Assembly (NCBI GenBank): GCA_002269645.1
Contig: NIVC01000230.1
Location: 682,001-746,000, forward strand
DNA: 64,000 nucleotides
Direction of reading: 5' to 3'
Source: Macrostomum lignano
Lineage: Eukaryota
The translations under genes and the position numbers were made by a program. The notes under the pieces were generated by a model. It ran no database searches. It was not told the origin of the DNA and saw only the letters and a program-made list of their open reading frames with translations. Positions 37,001-48,297 of this stretch are shown here, in pieces (positions within the stretch are counted from its first letter, which is position 1; each line of letters opens with the position of its first letter).

Positions 37001-40000
37001 TGAGGTGGTGATAGCTATCAATCTCTGATAACCAATCAGTTGCCTGTCACCGTGATCAATGTCTTTTGCGGTAGGGCAATAGCCGCAGGCGATAAGCAAA
37101 AGTCGTTTTAATAAGAAAAAACGCTCACAATATGACAGCAATTTTCATAGAAAGCAACTGCGCCGACTTTCAATCTTTGGGGACAGGGTCCCTGTTCGGG
37201 CGCCAATTTGTTGTAACCCGGGTCGGCTTGGGTGCCCAGTCCCGAGTACAATATATATTATATGTGATATAACAGGCGTTGTGACGCTCTGTCTGTACTT
37301 TTATGAATACGACGAGCAGGCGTGGCGACGCTCTGCGATAATAATTCGATCCCTCTGGTGTTGTGACACTCAGAGTTCACGCTGCGGCTCGAGGTGTGGT
37401 GACACTCTCGAGTGCTTCTATTCTCTATACCGTAGGGCGTACGCAATATATATGGTAAACGGTACCGTACTACAGAAGCTATATGGTCTCCCGGCGTTAT
37501 GACGCTCTGGCAAGAATTCGGCCTAGCAAGCTTCCCGAAAAGAAAGGACTCAAACAGCAGGCGGCTTACCAGTGGCCAGATGACTGTTCACCGTTTATTA
37601 TTCGCAGGTCTCAAGCGCAGTTTCCGACTTCTTCTTAATTCTCCAAGACTCTTCTCAATTAGGCTATTGTGTTTCTTTTATCGAAGTAGCTAATGTTGCT
37701 GTTTCTTTTATCGAAGTAGCTAATGTTGCTGTTTCTTTTATCCAAGTAGCTAATGTTGCTGTTTCTTTTATCGAAGTAGCTAATGTTGCTGTTTCTTTTA
37801 TCGAAGTAGCTAATGTTGCTGTTTCTTTTATCAGGTCTTGCGCTTGCACTCTCGGAGCACACCAAAACACAAAAAGCACGCAGGTGGTGGGCAAGAGCCA
37901 GAGTCGCACCATAAATAGCACCCAAACCCTGGGGCAGACGGCCCCACCGGCTAAGCTCACCAAAACAAACCACGCCGGCCCAGCCAATCAAAACCCCGCC
38001 TAAGGGGGAGGGGCAGCACCCGCGCCAAAGCTGGCCCGGCCGCAGCCAACCAGCCCTGAGCACGGGGCAGGGGCACGGCTGGGGAGGGGCACGCGCAAAG
38101 CCCGGCCGGCGGCCAAACCCTGCCACGCCCGCCAACCCCCCCCCCAACCAGCCCCAAAGTGCAACGCGCCCTGCCAACTGACAAGGGCGCATGCACTACA
38201 CAATCAGTCAGTCAATCAATCAATCAATCAGTCAATCAATCAATCACTTAATTAGAGAATCAATAACTCAATCACTCAAATTAATCACAAATTTACTTCC
38301 TCACCCGCCCGCAGTCCGGTCCAGCCGGTATTCTACGCCCTAACGATAACTGGCGCACTGTGCTGCTCGATTCCGGCCTTCTACCAGCCCTATTCGACCT
38401 GCTCACCAACCTTCGCCAGCACCTGCAGCAGCAGCAGCAACAGCAGGAGCAGCAACAGCAATTGAACATCAGCCACGAGCTGGTCAGACTCTGTCTGGCC
38501 TGCATCAGCCAGCTGGCGTCGCTCAGCGGTCCCGGCGTGTTCGCCAATCACACGGCCAAGGAGGCGCACTTCACCAGCTTGGCCAGTCTGTACTCCGCGG
38601 CGCTGCAGCAGGGGCTGCCGGCTGCCGGCGGCCCGGAGCTCACCGGCTTTGCCAATGTGTTCGCCAACCTGTGCCAGCACAGCGGCGGCTGTTGCAGCTC
38701 GTTGGACCGGCTGCCGGCTGCACTGGCTAGCCAAGCTGCCGAACTCACCGTCAGAGCCTTGGAAGCTGCCGCCTCCGCCTCGTCGGCTAGCGGAGCTGCT
38801 GACGCCAGCGCCGGGGTGTCCGAAGCGGCGGACAGCCTGCTGGACGCCTGGGCGCATCTGTTCGCTGCCGACTCTTCCGGTGGACCGTTCGATTGTGAGT
38901 GGGGATTTACTGTGAGCTGCTGGGTAGATCGGCGTAGATGGTTTGAGTAGGCTGGTGTGGGTTTGAGTAGGCTGGTGTGGGTTTGAGTAGGCTGGTGTGG
39001 GTTTGAGTAGGCTGGTGTGGGTTTGAGTAAGCTGGTGTAGGTTTGAGTAGGCTGGTGTGGGTTTGAGTAAGCTGGTGTGGGTTTGAGTAGGCTGGTGTAG
39101 GTTTGAGTACGCTGCAATTAGGATAGTGCTCCGGGTCAACCTGTTAACCAGGCAATTAGGTAATACTTTCTAGGCAGTTTTAAACCAGCTCTGAATGATC
39201 CCCACTGTATATCCGCCCTTAAATCCTGCCCCAGCTGGCAGCGCAGCGGACCTGGCCTCCGCAGCCTCCTCGACGGAAGCGTCGGCCGCCTCAACAGTCG
39301 GCCCAATAGCCCAGACGCTGTTCGCCGCCCTGATGCGCTCCCGCCTGGCGCCGCCTGACGGATTCCGCGGCCTGGCGGCGATGCAGCAGCGACAGGCGAT
39401 TGAAGCGGACGACGACGAATCGGTGCACGAGCTAGAGGAGACGGACCAGGTTCGATTCGCTTCCGCTCTGGCCGCTGCTGGCGAATTTGCGCGCCGGGCG
39501 CCGGCGTTCGCGCTTAGCGCTTTGGCCGAGGCGCTGGATCGGCGCGCCGAACTGCTGGCTGGAGTTCAGCAGCCTGCGGCGTCCGCTGCCGCCGTCTGGT
39601 CGGCCTCGGAGGATGCCCACTGGCTGCTGCTGGTTGTTGGTCACGTGATTGTTGAACCGGACGCCGAGGAGGCGGCGCCGTTTGTACCACGCAGCCTCAT
39701 GTCCGAGTCGCTGGCCCAGTCGGCCAATGTGGCCGAGAGTGTCCGAGCTCTGTGCGAGGCTTGTCAAGGCCAGGGCCGTGCCGGCGGCGGCCACAGTCAG
39801 CAGGTTGATCGCCTGCTGCAGCTGGTGGCCGCCGTCATGCGGATGGCCTGTCTGCTGGCGAGGACCGCGCCCGAGCCCAGCCCGCTGGTGAGTGCCTGAT
39901 CAGGCTGATTATAATTGTTTTCGATACATATCGGTTTGTTGTTCATTTCGATACAAATCGGGCCTTCGTACTGTTCGATACATGGGTCGTTCTCAAATTC

Positions 40001-43000
40001 TGGGAGGAGCGAAAATTTTAACAATTTTCGGAACATTTACTATTGTTACTGCCGTATTGAAAATAATAGGACACTTTCATCTGTGAATAAAGATAATTTT
40101 TGGGTTGAAATTTATGTTGCAAAAGTGTTTTAAGTTGTCTTGCGGTATTAGGCGATATTAGGTGATGAAAAAATTCAAATTCAATCACTTCACCGATGTC
40201 CTAATTTTTTACACTATGATGTCTGTAGCTAAAAAAAGTTGTTGTTGTGTTGAAAACTTGCTATATTACATTTAAAATGAAAGCTTATATAAATTTAATT
40301 TAAGATTTTTTTAAAGCTTAATAAACTGCACTATAAATGATTTTATGGACGCTTAACTGTACGCCTAGCATTTCCGGTGGGATAGCCTCTTTGCGTCTCA
40401 CAAAATGTATTTTTCAGCTGACGTCTAGAATGTGCGCTTAAAATGATACATTTTGATGCAGATAATTAGAAAAACATGTCTTTTTATCTTTTTGTAAAAA
40501 ATTGTTATGAAATAGAGCACTATTGTTGATAAAAATAATTAAAAGCAACCATGCATCGCAATAAACTCCTACTTTGAAGCACAAAATACATATCCTGTAA
40601 CCACACTAGCATTCTCCATGGAGCACCTTTTGAGCTGAAATTTTACACAGATATCCAGTAAAGTAAACTGAGCAAATGATTTTTTTTGTTTTTGAAAATA
40701 CTTCAATTTGGCTATGTATCAGTTAGTACATTGGACATATTTATTATATTTTTATTAAAATCCTTGTAACCAAGCTACAGAGAAACATGTGCAAAACTGG
40801 ACCTTGAAATTTGACCTGAATGATCAGCAAATGTGTATCTCGAAATGATTTTTTTTGTTTTCATCAAGTCATTCTATGCTAATTTTTTCTGAAGGGAAAG
40901 ATACCATATATTTAGAGTCAATAGGGGAAGCATTTAGACTTATTCAATAGTCATTAAAATTGCAACTATATTATTATAATATAGTAATAATATTATACAT
41001 GTATTATATAGTAATATTAACTTCTAAGATGCCCTTATAAATTTAAGTAAAGACAACAGGCCTTAATTAATTAATCAGCATTTTGAAGAAACTGACCTTA
41101 TACAGATGGGCCCCAAGCTAAGAAATGAATGTAGAGCTTATTTCGTGTAAGGTATAAAAATCAATTTATTAAAATATTAAATACTTCTAATAAATTGGTT
41201 AAATTAGTTATTTACCTTGAATTAATTTAATTTTAATAATTAAATATATAAATTTGTTTCACTTCTTACTGCATTTAAATAGAGTACCTCTCTACTATAC
41301 TATAGAAGTATAGTAAAAGTATGGTAAAAAAGTATAGTAAAAAATTTTCTTTGGTTTAATCCCTGCTTGCCTCAGTTTTTTAGTCTTAATACGAGCTAGA
41401 TAGTAAGTGTTGATTAATTTGCTCCATCACCTTTTGCCACGGAAACAGCACATGTCGGACATGCAACACTCTTCCTGATCCCTGGATTCAAGATGACTGC
41501 TTCTGCTTCTTCAATGCTTGAAAACTGAGCTCATGGAGCTTTAGGTTATGCTGTCAGAGTGCTGCTGCCGGTGCTGTGTGTGTATGTGTGTGTCTTCTGC
41601 GGGTAGGTTCCCTGTCCCTCAGTTTAGCCACTGTTGTGGGCTAACTGGAGGAATTGCCGTTGTCGGTGCTGCAGGTGGCACTGCATGGTAGTATTGACGC
41701 TGTCAGTGACGCTGGCAAAGGCTTGGACGAAGCTAGGTGCCGTCATTGTCAGGAGGACATGCGTGTGCTGCTTAGACCAGTGCGCACATTCGACTGGACT
41801 CGTATCTGGTGCAGTCTGGTGTATTCACTGAGATTGTGTGGATCTGCCTCCTCGCATCACCTCAACCAGGCTCAATTTCTTTTGTAGAATTTTCGTGCGC
41901 TGCTTAACTGCATCTTGTGCCTGCTGAGTGATGCCAAGAATTGTGCCACACAATAATTTGGCCCATAAACTACTCGTATATTATACATATGTATGCACAG
42001 CACACACACACGTAGTTCATTCACATTAAACGTACTAGTTAATGGAATTCTCATCTCATGAGCTCTAGTCTATGGACAAACCTGAAATTACTAGAATATC
42101 TAGACAGATCTAAACTTCTTTGAGCAGCGCGCTGCGCTGCGAGCAAATAAATGTAGATTCCTTAGCGCAACTAATTAATAGTGTAGTACAGTCTACAGCC
42201 TGAAGTAGCCTGTGTAAGATGCGGAGGGATGATTTTTGCATAGGAAGCCACTACGGTAAGGTTGATGGAACTATGGGGAGGTGAGAGATTCAAAGCGAGG
42301 GACGGAAGCCATGCATAGTTCGATCATAAGTTTGATTATTGCATGAGTCTGGGGATGCATTAACGAGAGGCAGACGAGAGCATAGAAATAAAGCGGGCTA
42401 AATATATTAATACACAAAATTACATGTACTAGCTAGTAATTTCAGAATGGTCAGCGACTCCTCCGATTTGTATCCGCGACCGCGTGCCCACAAATCCCCC
42501 GGCAGACCCTGTCGCAGTTGGTGGTTGTGCACAGAATACAATGTTAATTTTCGAGCTTCTCTGCAAAAAATGCGTGATGCACTCAAGATGCGTGCTATAG
42601 TCTACTTCTTTGATTGATGGCTGGGTTTTGCCTTTTCGCTTGTGATCATCAAAAGCTTGAGCGTCATTGCTACTGGTGTTTCAGTGTGCGCATTATGTCT
42701 GGTTATCATATTATGTGCATGTGCAGTGTCTTTTACCTACATTTTTGTTTGTCTCTGTTTCCTGCATGCTCTTTCGCATTTTTACACCTCGCACATCCTC
42801 ATTTTTCTCAATTAACAAGTGAAATCTTTTCTTAAAGACTAATTGCTATTTTAGTTAAGCTAGTAGGTTTTTGGTAATTAAATAATTCAATTTTGTCTAT
42901 TTTCCAAAAAGTTTCAAAAAATGAATTAATTAAAATAAATTTGAATTATTTTAAGTTAATTGGAGTAAAATGTCTAATAAGTAACTATGATTTTTTATTT

Positions 43001-46000
43001 TAAGTACATGTAGCTTTGGTATAAGTATTAATGTAATAAGTACTTAAAGTAAAATCAAGCAAGTTATAGTTTTCAGAAATTATGCTACAAATAATCAAAT
43101 ATATACTAGTATCCGAATTCCTTTATTAAGGAACATGCAGTCGATATTAAATCCACAATGTGCTCTTTGGTGTTCAAGGATAGTTCCCTGACTTTTTCTA
43201 TTATTAGTTAGATTTTATTATATTTAATGTAAAAATGAACAATTCTATTCAAGGTAACAATGAACATTCTTTATTTGTCGAATCATCTTGCCTTTGAAAA
43301 GATACATAGTGAAAACTTGATTTTTAATTCAACCTTTCAAGACTTATTTAGACTTCTCAATTCAGTGATTAGTTAAACTGATCGAAGTTCTTTCGAGTGC
43401 ATGCTATAATAATTTCGCACTTTTTCGCACACGATAATTTTAAATGTCTGGGATTTAGAGCAGAGTAACAAAATGCTGTGCTCAAAAACATTTCCTTTGT
43501 CAATTTCTTGTTCTTTTATTTTTGCAAAAGAAATTTAACTGCATATTTAAAATAAAAATGGAAGAAAATTTTATTTTCTCTTTAATATTTTTGTCGTTTA
43601 TTTTCCGCAACAAAGAATAACAAATAGCCTTGATTTCTTCTCAATTTCAAGTTTTCTTGTGGTTTTAGTAGCAGCTTCTTACAGAAATTGTCAAAAGAAT
43701 TTTTTTTGTACGATTATTGGTCGATGTATAAACTTTTTTTGCAATAACAAAAAGTTGTGACCTAGCTTTGAGAACGACCCACATATCGGGCTTACTTATT
43801 GTTTTCGAAAAATATCAGGCCTAATTACTGTTTTCGATACATATCGGGATTTTTATCTTTCTTATTTTTTCGATACATATCGGGCTCTTATCTTTCTTAT
43901 TGTTTTCGATACATATCGGGCTTTTTTATCTTTCCTATTGTTTTCGATACGTACCGGTATTTACAAAAATATTTTTCTTTCAGGTACTGACTGACATTGC
44001 CTGGCTTCTGTCCCGCCTGTCCCGCGTGTATTTCGGTCTAGACGAAACTCTCTACGACACCATCAGTCCCGCCATCCTTGCTGCTTTCGGTCAGGACAGC
44101 GGCGAATCTCTGCGCTGCTGCGCTCAGTTTGCTGTAGATTATTGCCGAGTCTGCCTGGCCAGGTGGCCGGGTGAGCCCGAGCTGGCAAATGAAGCGGCCA
44201 AGCTGATGTGCGCCCTGACTGAGCGGCGCGACTGGTGAGTTTGGGCCCATTCACATCCATCCACTAACCAACCCGTTCACAGTAATTTAATTGCAGTAGC
44301 CATTCACAGTAGCTATTCACAGTACTTCATTCACAATAGCCATTCACAGTAGCCATTCACAGTATTTCATTCACAGTAGCCATTCACAGTATTTCATTCA
44401 CAATAGCCATTCACAGTAGCCATTCACAGTATCCATTCACAGTAGCCATTCACAGTATCCATTCACAGTAGCCATTCACAGTAATTTATTGCTACTGTCT
44501 CTAGCTGATTAGGCTGCTCAAAAGCGGCCCAAGTGAACTTCGGCCAAAGCCCCAGCATCCCGAACCCTCCGCAGCATCAAGTACTGCGGCAGCTCAGGCA
44601 CTCGAGTTCGCCGCACCTCCAAGCTGAACTTTCTCTCCTCTCTGGTGGCCAGCCTGCCCAGCTGGTGGCAGCTGGCCCAGGATATCGGCGCGCTGACGCC
44701 GCCGCTAACTCAGGCGCCCCCCGCTGCGCTGTCCACCGCTGTCCGGGCCGTTGTCCAAGCCGGCCGAGCTCTGTCCACCGCGGCCGACCAGCCGGCCAAG
44801 AACGGTCGCCATTCCGACGCTGTGGAACGCGAGCGAACCTACTGGGGTGTCACCGTTGGCCGTCTGCAGCTTCGAGCTGGTGAACTCATCTCGAGCGGCT
44901 TGCCCGACTCCTCAACCGAGGCCGCTCTCGCCCTCGCCCTCGACGCTTTGGCCGGCTGTCGCGATGCCGCTATCGCTGAATCGTCTCTGCTGCCACTGGC
45001 TGAAGCTGCCGCCAATCTGCCAGCCTTGGCTGCCAACGCCGCCCCGATGCTGCTGGGACCGCTGGTGCGCCTCACTGCTGCCTGCGTCACCGCCGCCGCT
45101 GCGCCTGCTAGCGTACAGGTTTGTAGGGGAGAACGGAATGCACAGTTATGTGGATGGTTACCGTGTGGGATTTAGTGTAGTTTCCGTGTGGGATTTAGTT
45201 TAGTTTCCGTGTGGGATTTAGTGTAGTTTCCGTGTGGGATTTAGTGTAGTTTCCGTGTGGGATTTAGTTTAGTTTCCGTGTGGGATTTAGTGTAGTTTCC
45301 GTGTGGGATTTAGTGTAGTTTCCGTGTGGGATTTAGTGTAGTTTCCGTGTGGGATTTAGTGTAGTTTCCGTGTGGGATTTAGTGTAGTTTCTGTGTGGGA
45401 TTTAGTGTTGTTTCCGTGTGGGATTTAGTGTAGTTTCCGTGTGAGATTTAGTGTAGTTTCCGTGTGGGATTTAGTGTAGTTTCCGTGTGGGATTTAGTGT
45501 AGTTTCCGTGTGGGATTTAGTGTAGTTTCCGTGTGGGATTTAGTGTAGTTTCCGTGTGGGATTTAGTGTAGTTTATAAGTGGGAGTTTTGGTAATGGTAG
45601 TTTCTATGGGGGATTTTTTACTGTATACCTAGGATTGTTTTTGGTTTCATATCAGTGATATATCCGGTTTCCATATCGGGGATATTTTCGGTTTCCATAT
45701 CGGGTATATTTCCGGTTGCCATATCGGGGATATTTTCTAGCTCTATTTCGTTTTCCCTTATATAGACCTCCAGGCGTCTCCAAGCCGTGGCCAATCAGCT
45801 GTGTCGAATTGTCGGACAGCGCACGCCCCCGGCCGACGCGTCCGAGCTCGGTCAGCTGGTCGGCCTGCTGCACAGCATGCTGTCCCAGTCTCTGCTGGAC
45901 TTCTGGTCCGAGCCCGAGGAGCATCTGCTGGGTGGTGGCGAGACCGCTTCGACCGGTGCCGAGACCGCAGCCGCCGCTGTGTCCGGATTCGCCGACCTGC

Positions 46001-46813
46001 TGCCCGCGGTGGCCCGTCGTCTGGCCGATGACCCGGCCGAACTGGCCGAGCCAACCCTGCGACTGTGCGTGGCCGCGGCCGAGGCCGCCTCCGACCGGCT
46101 TCTGGCGATGCCTGAGGAGGCGTTGAATAGTCTGGCTATGGGCTGCCTGCGACCGGCTCTAGCCGGCGAGCTGGTGAGTCGGTGGGAGAATTATCCCATG
46201 AGTAGATTAGGCTTGACAATTATCCCACAAGTAGATTGAGCTTGGGGAGAATTATCCCATGAGTAGGATGCGTATAAGTAGAATAAAATGAGATAACTGT
46301 CTCATTCTCCCGCAGCCCTCGGACAGTCGCCGATTTGCCTGCGAATGCGTGTCCGCCTTGGCCCTGTCCGGCTGGCCGCTGTCGGGCCGCCACGCCGGTC
46401 CGCTGCTGGCCGCCCTGCTCTGCCCCCAGTCAAACTCGGCGCCAGCGGACCCGGCCGCCGCCGCCGCCTCCCTGGACGGTTTGGACTCGGGCGGCTCGCT
46501 GGTGTCGGACGCCGTCTTGGCCCTCTGTCTGGCCGACCCGGCCGCGTTTGCCGCTCTGGCCGACGCTTGGCTGATTAGCGACGGCGGCGGCTCCACAGAC
46601 GAGCGTCGGCGTGAGCGCCTCGGCGACGCTCTGAACCAGCTGGCCACCGGCGTCGCCGAAGCCGCCGCCGCTTCGTCGCGTACGGCGCCGTCCGGCTCAG
46701 TGAATGGTGCCGGCGCTCAGTCGCGTCGATTTCCCGACAGGCCGGCCCGGTTGGCTTTTGCTGAACAGTTCGAAATGTTTCTGGTTCGGCTGCGGGCCAT
46801 TGCGATCGTGTGA
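25416..46813 (+). CDS. XPO4: Exportin-4, 8 exons, ~1214 aa
   Basis: Exons 25416-25736, 27539-27928, 38315-38894, 39235-39887, 43984-44234, ~44575-45118 (start uncertain), 45766-46173, 46316-46813, with consistent phases. N-terminal FEAASTMRHALLREW...FVREQVLLAV, WDFLP, RPNDNWRTVLLDS, QLASLSGP and C-terminal RLAFAEQFEMFL match XPO4. Confidence 0.88.
25737..27447. repeat. 21-bp G-rich minisatellite filling XPO4 intron 1
   Basis: GGGATTGGGTAGGTGGGGTGT units starting at the splice donor. Confidence 0.97.
28242..29351 (-). repeat. 3' LTR (1110 bp; 9 copies of the internal 30-bp unit)
   Basis: Matches 37209-38200. 30-bp units GAAGTAGCTAATGTTGCTGTTTCTTTTATC at 28716-28985. Confidence 0.96.
29352..29363 (-). 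promoter_or_regulatory. Polypurine tract (plus-strand primer)
   Basis: The - strand reads T9 then AGGAGGGGAGGG directly abutting the 3' LTR start TGTAGTG. Confidence 0.9.
29600..30225. repeat. GC-rich degenerate tandem array in the element 3' UTR
   Basis: GCAGGTGGCCGGCAGG / GCAGATGGCCGGCAGG-type units; source of several spurious ORFs. Confidence 0.9.
30337..31284 (-). CDS. Retrotransposon ORF3: class C J-domain (DnaJ/Hsp40-like) protein, 315 aa from the first ATG
   Basis: MDLYAVLQV...EIRRVYRQLALFWHPDKHPDKELAGRRFQEIETAGRILSCPYRRAMYDQLG is a complete J-domain with HPD. It is followed by an acidic segment and a helical C-terminal region. Intronless, uninterrupted, and sense to gag-pol. Confidence 0.9.
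   Translation of the reverse strand: MDLYAVLQVGHTAERAEIRRVYRQLALFWHPDKHPDKELAGRRFQEIETAGRILSCPYRRAMYDQLGDKSIPYDEAVTFAMTFIPPTGVRMPADIEEGVQQRREVEEAQRKEAGLRQGRQGQRNDYEADGYILISDDDESEESDECSIDTEEEDELLASDGSSGSSESEAMEIDVPESKEVVSHRASGAIWDDEKLSLSAAARQLRHRLMKHILAGQSDGIVSVLTAMRRLFRDSQREPRSALSMVLLQALFFIRRDIAPVKRQRAGRRYWSRQSFDCFVRQLCHELIPLFGLRRPGRLLEVLKSCVGLPGLRVR
31708..36082 (-). CDS. Pol polyprotein (PR-RT-RNase H-integrase) with two single-base frame breaks
   Basis: PR ALVDSGAS; RT VDYRKLN, YIDD; RH ILDTDGS, YCTTRLELLAVV; IN H..GH/C..C, MDIVGP, HSDQGRNF, GQVENFN. Frame breaks near 34527-34530 and ~33009. Confidence 0.95.
35597..36005 (-). repeat. In-frame 30-bp coding minisatellite (HQPPVSGTAP) between gag and protease
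   Basis: Tandem CCGGACACTGGATGCTGATGAGGCGCAGTA units, open in the pol frame. Confidence 0.9.
36037..36082 (-). promoter_or_regulatory. Candidate -1 programmed ribosomal frameshift signal
   Basis: Heptamer G GGA AAA in the gag frame (36082-36076), a 6-nt spacer, then an AGGGGC...GCCCCT stem. Pol is in the -1 frame. Confidence 0.75.
36043..36963 (-). CDS. Gag with one CCHC zinc knuckle
   Basis: Open ORF with C-terminal CYNCGEIGHLSFQC; capsid-like helical region; first ATG at 36963. Confidence 0.93.
   Translation of the reverse strand: MGDQAMDQLIDALAARLRANADRAAPRLSKPPKYIPTMNFSLWLQSFNEYCEAVGIEEEARRPHLIGLLDLTTAYAAVDKLDLADDIEYGEFTDALLARFTMNRTAQDYRFELSNRDQLDKESVETYGDELLELVRNAFPTADANTRTELAKDRFLKGVRVTDTVRERLYLQQPVNLTDAIRTVRQLEAAQKASSTQSKARPRAGLNAFATETSTGDTGKDEELRQLRQKVKEMEEKIRRMEQIQQGQQEPPEPGLQDKQQSKQAAPSSSKQRSGVKCYNCGEIGHLSFQCPKPGKGKRGPPAGGK
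37188..37205 (-). promoter_or_regulatory. Primer-binding site complementary to tRNA-Lys(UUU)
   Basis: TGGCGCCCGAACAGGGAC, 18/18 complementary to the tRNA-Lys3 3' end, 3 nt from the 5' LTR. Confidence 0.95.
37209..38200 (-). repeat. 5' LTR (992 bp; 5 copies of the internal 30-bp unit)
   Basis: Matches the 3' LTR. CCAAT box at 37984-37988, GC boxes, and TATTTAT on the - strand at 37917-37911. Confidence 0.96.
38938..39110. repeat. 20-bp minisatellite in XPO4 intron 3
   Basis: GTTTGAGTAGGCTGGTGTGG units. Confidence 0.94.
39984..43780. mobile_element. 3.8-kb DNA transposon with 14-bp TIR and 4-bp TSD (Sola-like) in XPO4 intron 4
   Basis: TIR GGGTCGTTCTCAAA / TTTGAGAACGACCC. TSD ACAT at 39980-39983 and 43781-43784. 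No long ORF. Confidence 0.85.
44278..44485. repeat. 13-bp minisatellite (AGCCATTCACAGT) in XPO4 intron 5
   Basis: Direct inspection. Confidence 0.9.
45160..45575. repeat. 23-bp minisatellite in XPO4 intron 6
   Basis: GTGTGGGATTTAGTGTAGTTTCC units. Confidence 0.95.
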
Positions 46814-46869
46814 CTGGCTGGTGGGCTTTCGCGCGTTAATCGACAAGTTTTGTAGAAGTTCAGCCCCCT

Positions 46870-47778
46870 TAAGTTGGCGCTCAATCATCATTAATTGGCG
46901 CTCAATCATCATCATGAATTGGCGCTCAACCATCATCATGAATTGGCGCTCAACCATCATCATAATTTGGCGCTCAATCATCATCATAAATTGGCGCTCA
47001 ATCATCATCATTAATTGGCGCTCAATCATCATGAATTGGCGCTCAATCATCATCATTATTTGGCGCTCAATCATCATGAATTGGCGCTCAATCATCATCA
47101 TTATTTGGCGCTCAATCATCATCATGAATTGGCGCTCAATCATCATGAATTGGCGCTCAATCATCATCATGAATTGGCGCTCAATCATCATCATAAATTG
47201 GCGCTCAATCATCATTATTTGGCGCTCAATCATCATCATGAATTGGCGCTCAATCGTCATCATAAATTGGCGCTCAATCGTCATGAATTGGCGCTCAATC
47301 ATCATAAATTGGCGCTCAATCATCATCATTATTTGGCGCTCAATCATCATCATGAATTGGCGCTCAATCATCATAAATTGGCGCTCAATCATCATCATGA
47401 ATTGGCGCTCAATCATCATCATGAATTGGCGCTCAATCATCATCATGAATTGGCGCTCAATCGTCATCATAAATTGGCGCTCAATCGTCATGAATTGGCG
47501 CTCAATCATCATAAATTGGCGCTCAATTATCATCATGAATTGGCGCTCAATCATCATCATGAATTGGCGCTCAATCATCATCATAAATTGGCGCTCAATC
47601 ATCATCATAAATTGGCGCTCAATCGTCATGAATTGGCGCTCAATCATCATAAATTGGCGCTCAATCATCATCATAAATTGGCGCTCAATCGTCATCATGA
47701 ATTGGCGCTCAATCGTCATCATGAATTGGCGCTCAATCATCATGAATTGGCGCTCAATCATCATCATCAATTGGCGCT
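46870..47778. repeat. 21-27-bp minisatellite with embedded (ATC)n, downstream of the XPO4 stop
   Basis: TTGGCGCTCA-(ATC)n-ATGAA/ATAAA/ATTAT units. Confidence 0.95.
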
Positions 47779-48297
47779 TAAATTTTTTAAATTTCTGAAA
47801 TCTAAGATCGGCGCCTAAAGCAGCGAAGTTGGCTCCCAAACCAAATTTATTTATTGGTATCTCAGCAGAATCTATATCCTTTAATAATTCCAAATATACT
47901 AATTCTCAAATTCTGTTGAGTAAATTTCGCCTAAAATATCGTTAGTGCCCCAATTCTCTACTTTTTGTCAGTAGTTTTGTCTTTGTTTTAAAGTTTTTAA
48001 TGCATAAAGTTTTTGAGCTGAAAAATCGATTAATTTGAGTCAGGAGAATCTATCATTTACCTGTTTTGCATTGCAAATTCAAATTCATTGTTAATTCTAT
48101 AATTCGATCCACGGGTAATTAAAAATCCATCACGATTTTTTATTTCTGTTCCAAAATTGTAACATTCTGCTAACATTTCGAATTTATTGTAAGTTCGGTG
48201 TCAGGCAAGAAAGTTTTAGGAAACATTTTCTGCGTTTTGTGTCTCAATTTACTGCTTGAATTTGCTTTCAGTTGCATCTGTACTTGTGTCAGTGGCG

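Larger units (their letters stand above)
28242..38200 (-). mobile_element. Full-length Ty3/Gypsy LTR retrotransposon with an extra J-domain ORF
   Basis: Paired TG...CA LTRs; TSD CAAT at 28238-28241 and 38201-38204; PBS and PPT; gag, then PR-RT-RH-INT domain order. Confidence 0.97.
28010..38290. repeat. (TCAA)/(TCAG)n microsatellite in XPO4 intron 2, split by the retrotransposon
   Basis: Present at ~28010-28241 and 38201-38290, on either side of the element. Confidence 0.9.

Noticed and set aside
42680-42800. Minus-strand GCARCKNAKEHAGNRDKQKC resembling part of a CXXC zinc finger
   Set aside because: About 21 codons flanked by stops, with the first Cys cluster missing; could be chance. Needs tBLASTn or HMM support.
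39910-43955. Near-palindromic TTTTCGATACATATCGG cores with variable spacers, resembling a CRISPR array
   Set aside because: Eukaryotic intron, no cas genes; the spacers are related T-rich variants, i.e. a degenerate tandem repeat split by a transposon.
44513-44652. Possible frameshift or pseudogenisation in XPO4 exon 6
   Set aside because: The acceptor at 44574 gives an uninterrupted frame; alternative acceptors (44512 needing a 1-bp indel, or 44652) cannot be distinguished without transcripts.
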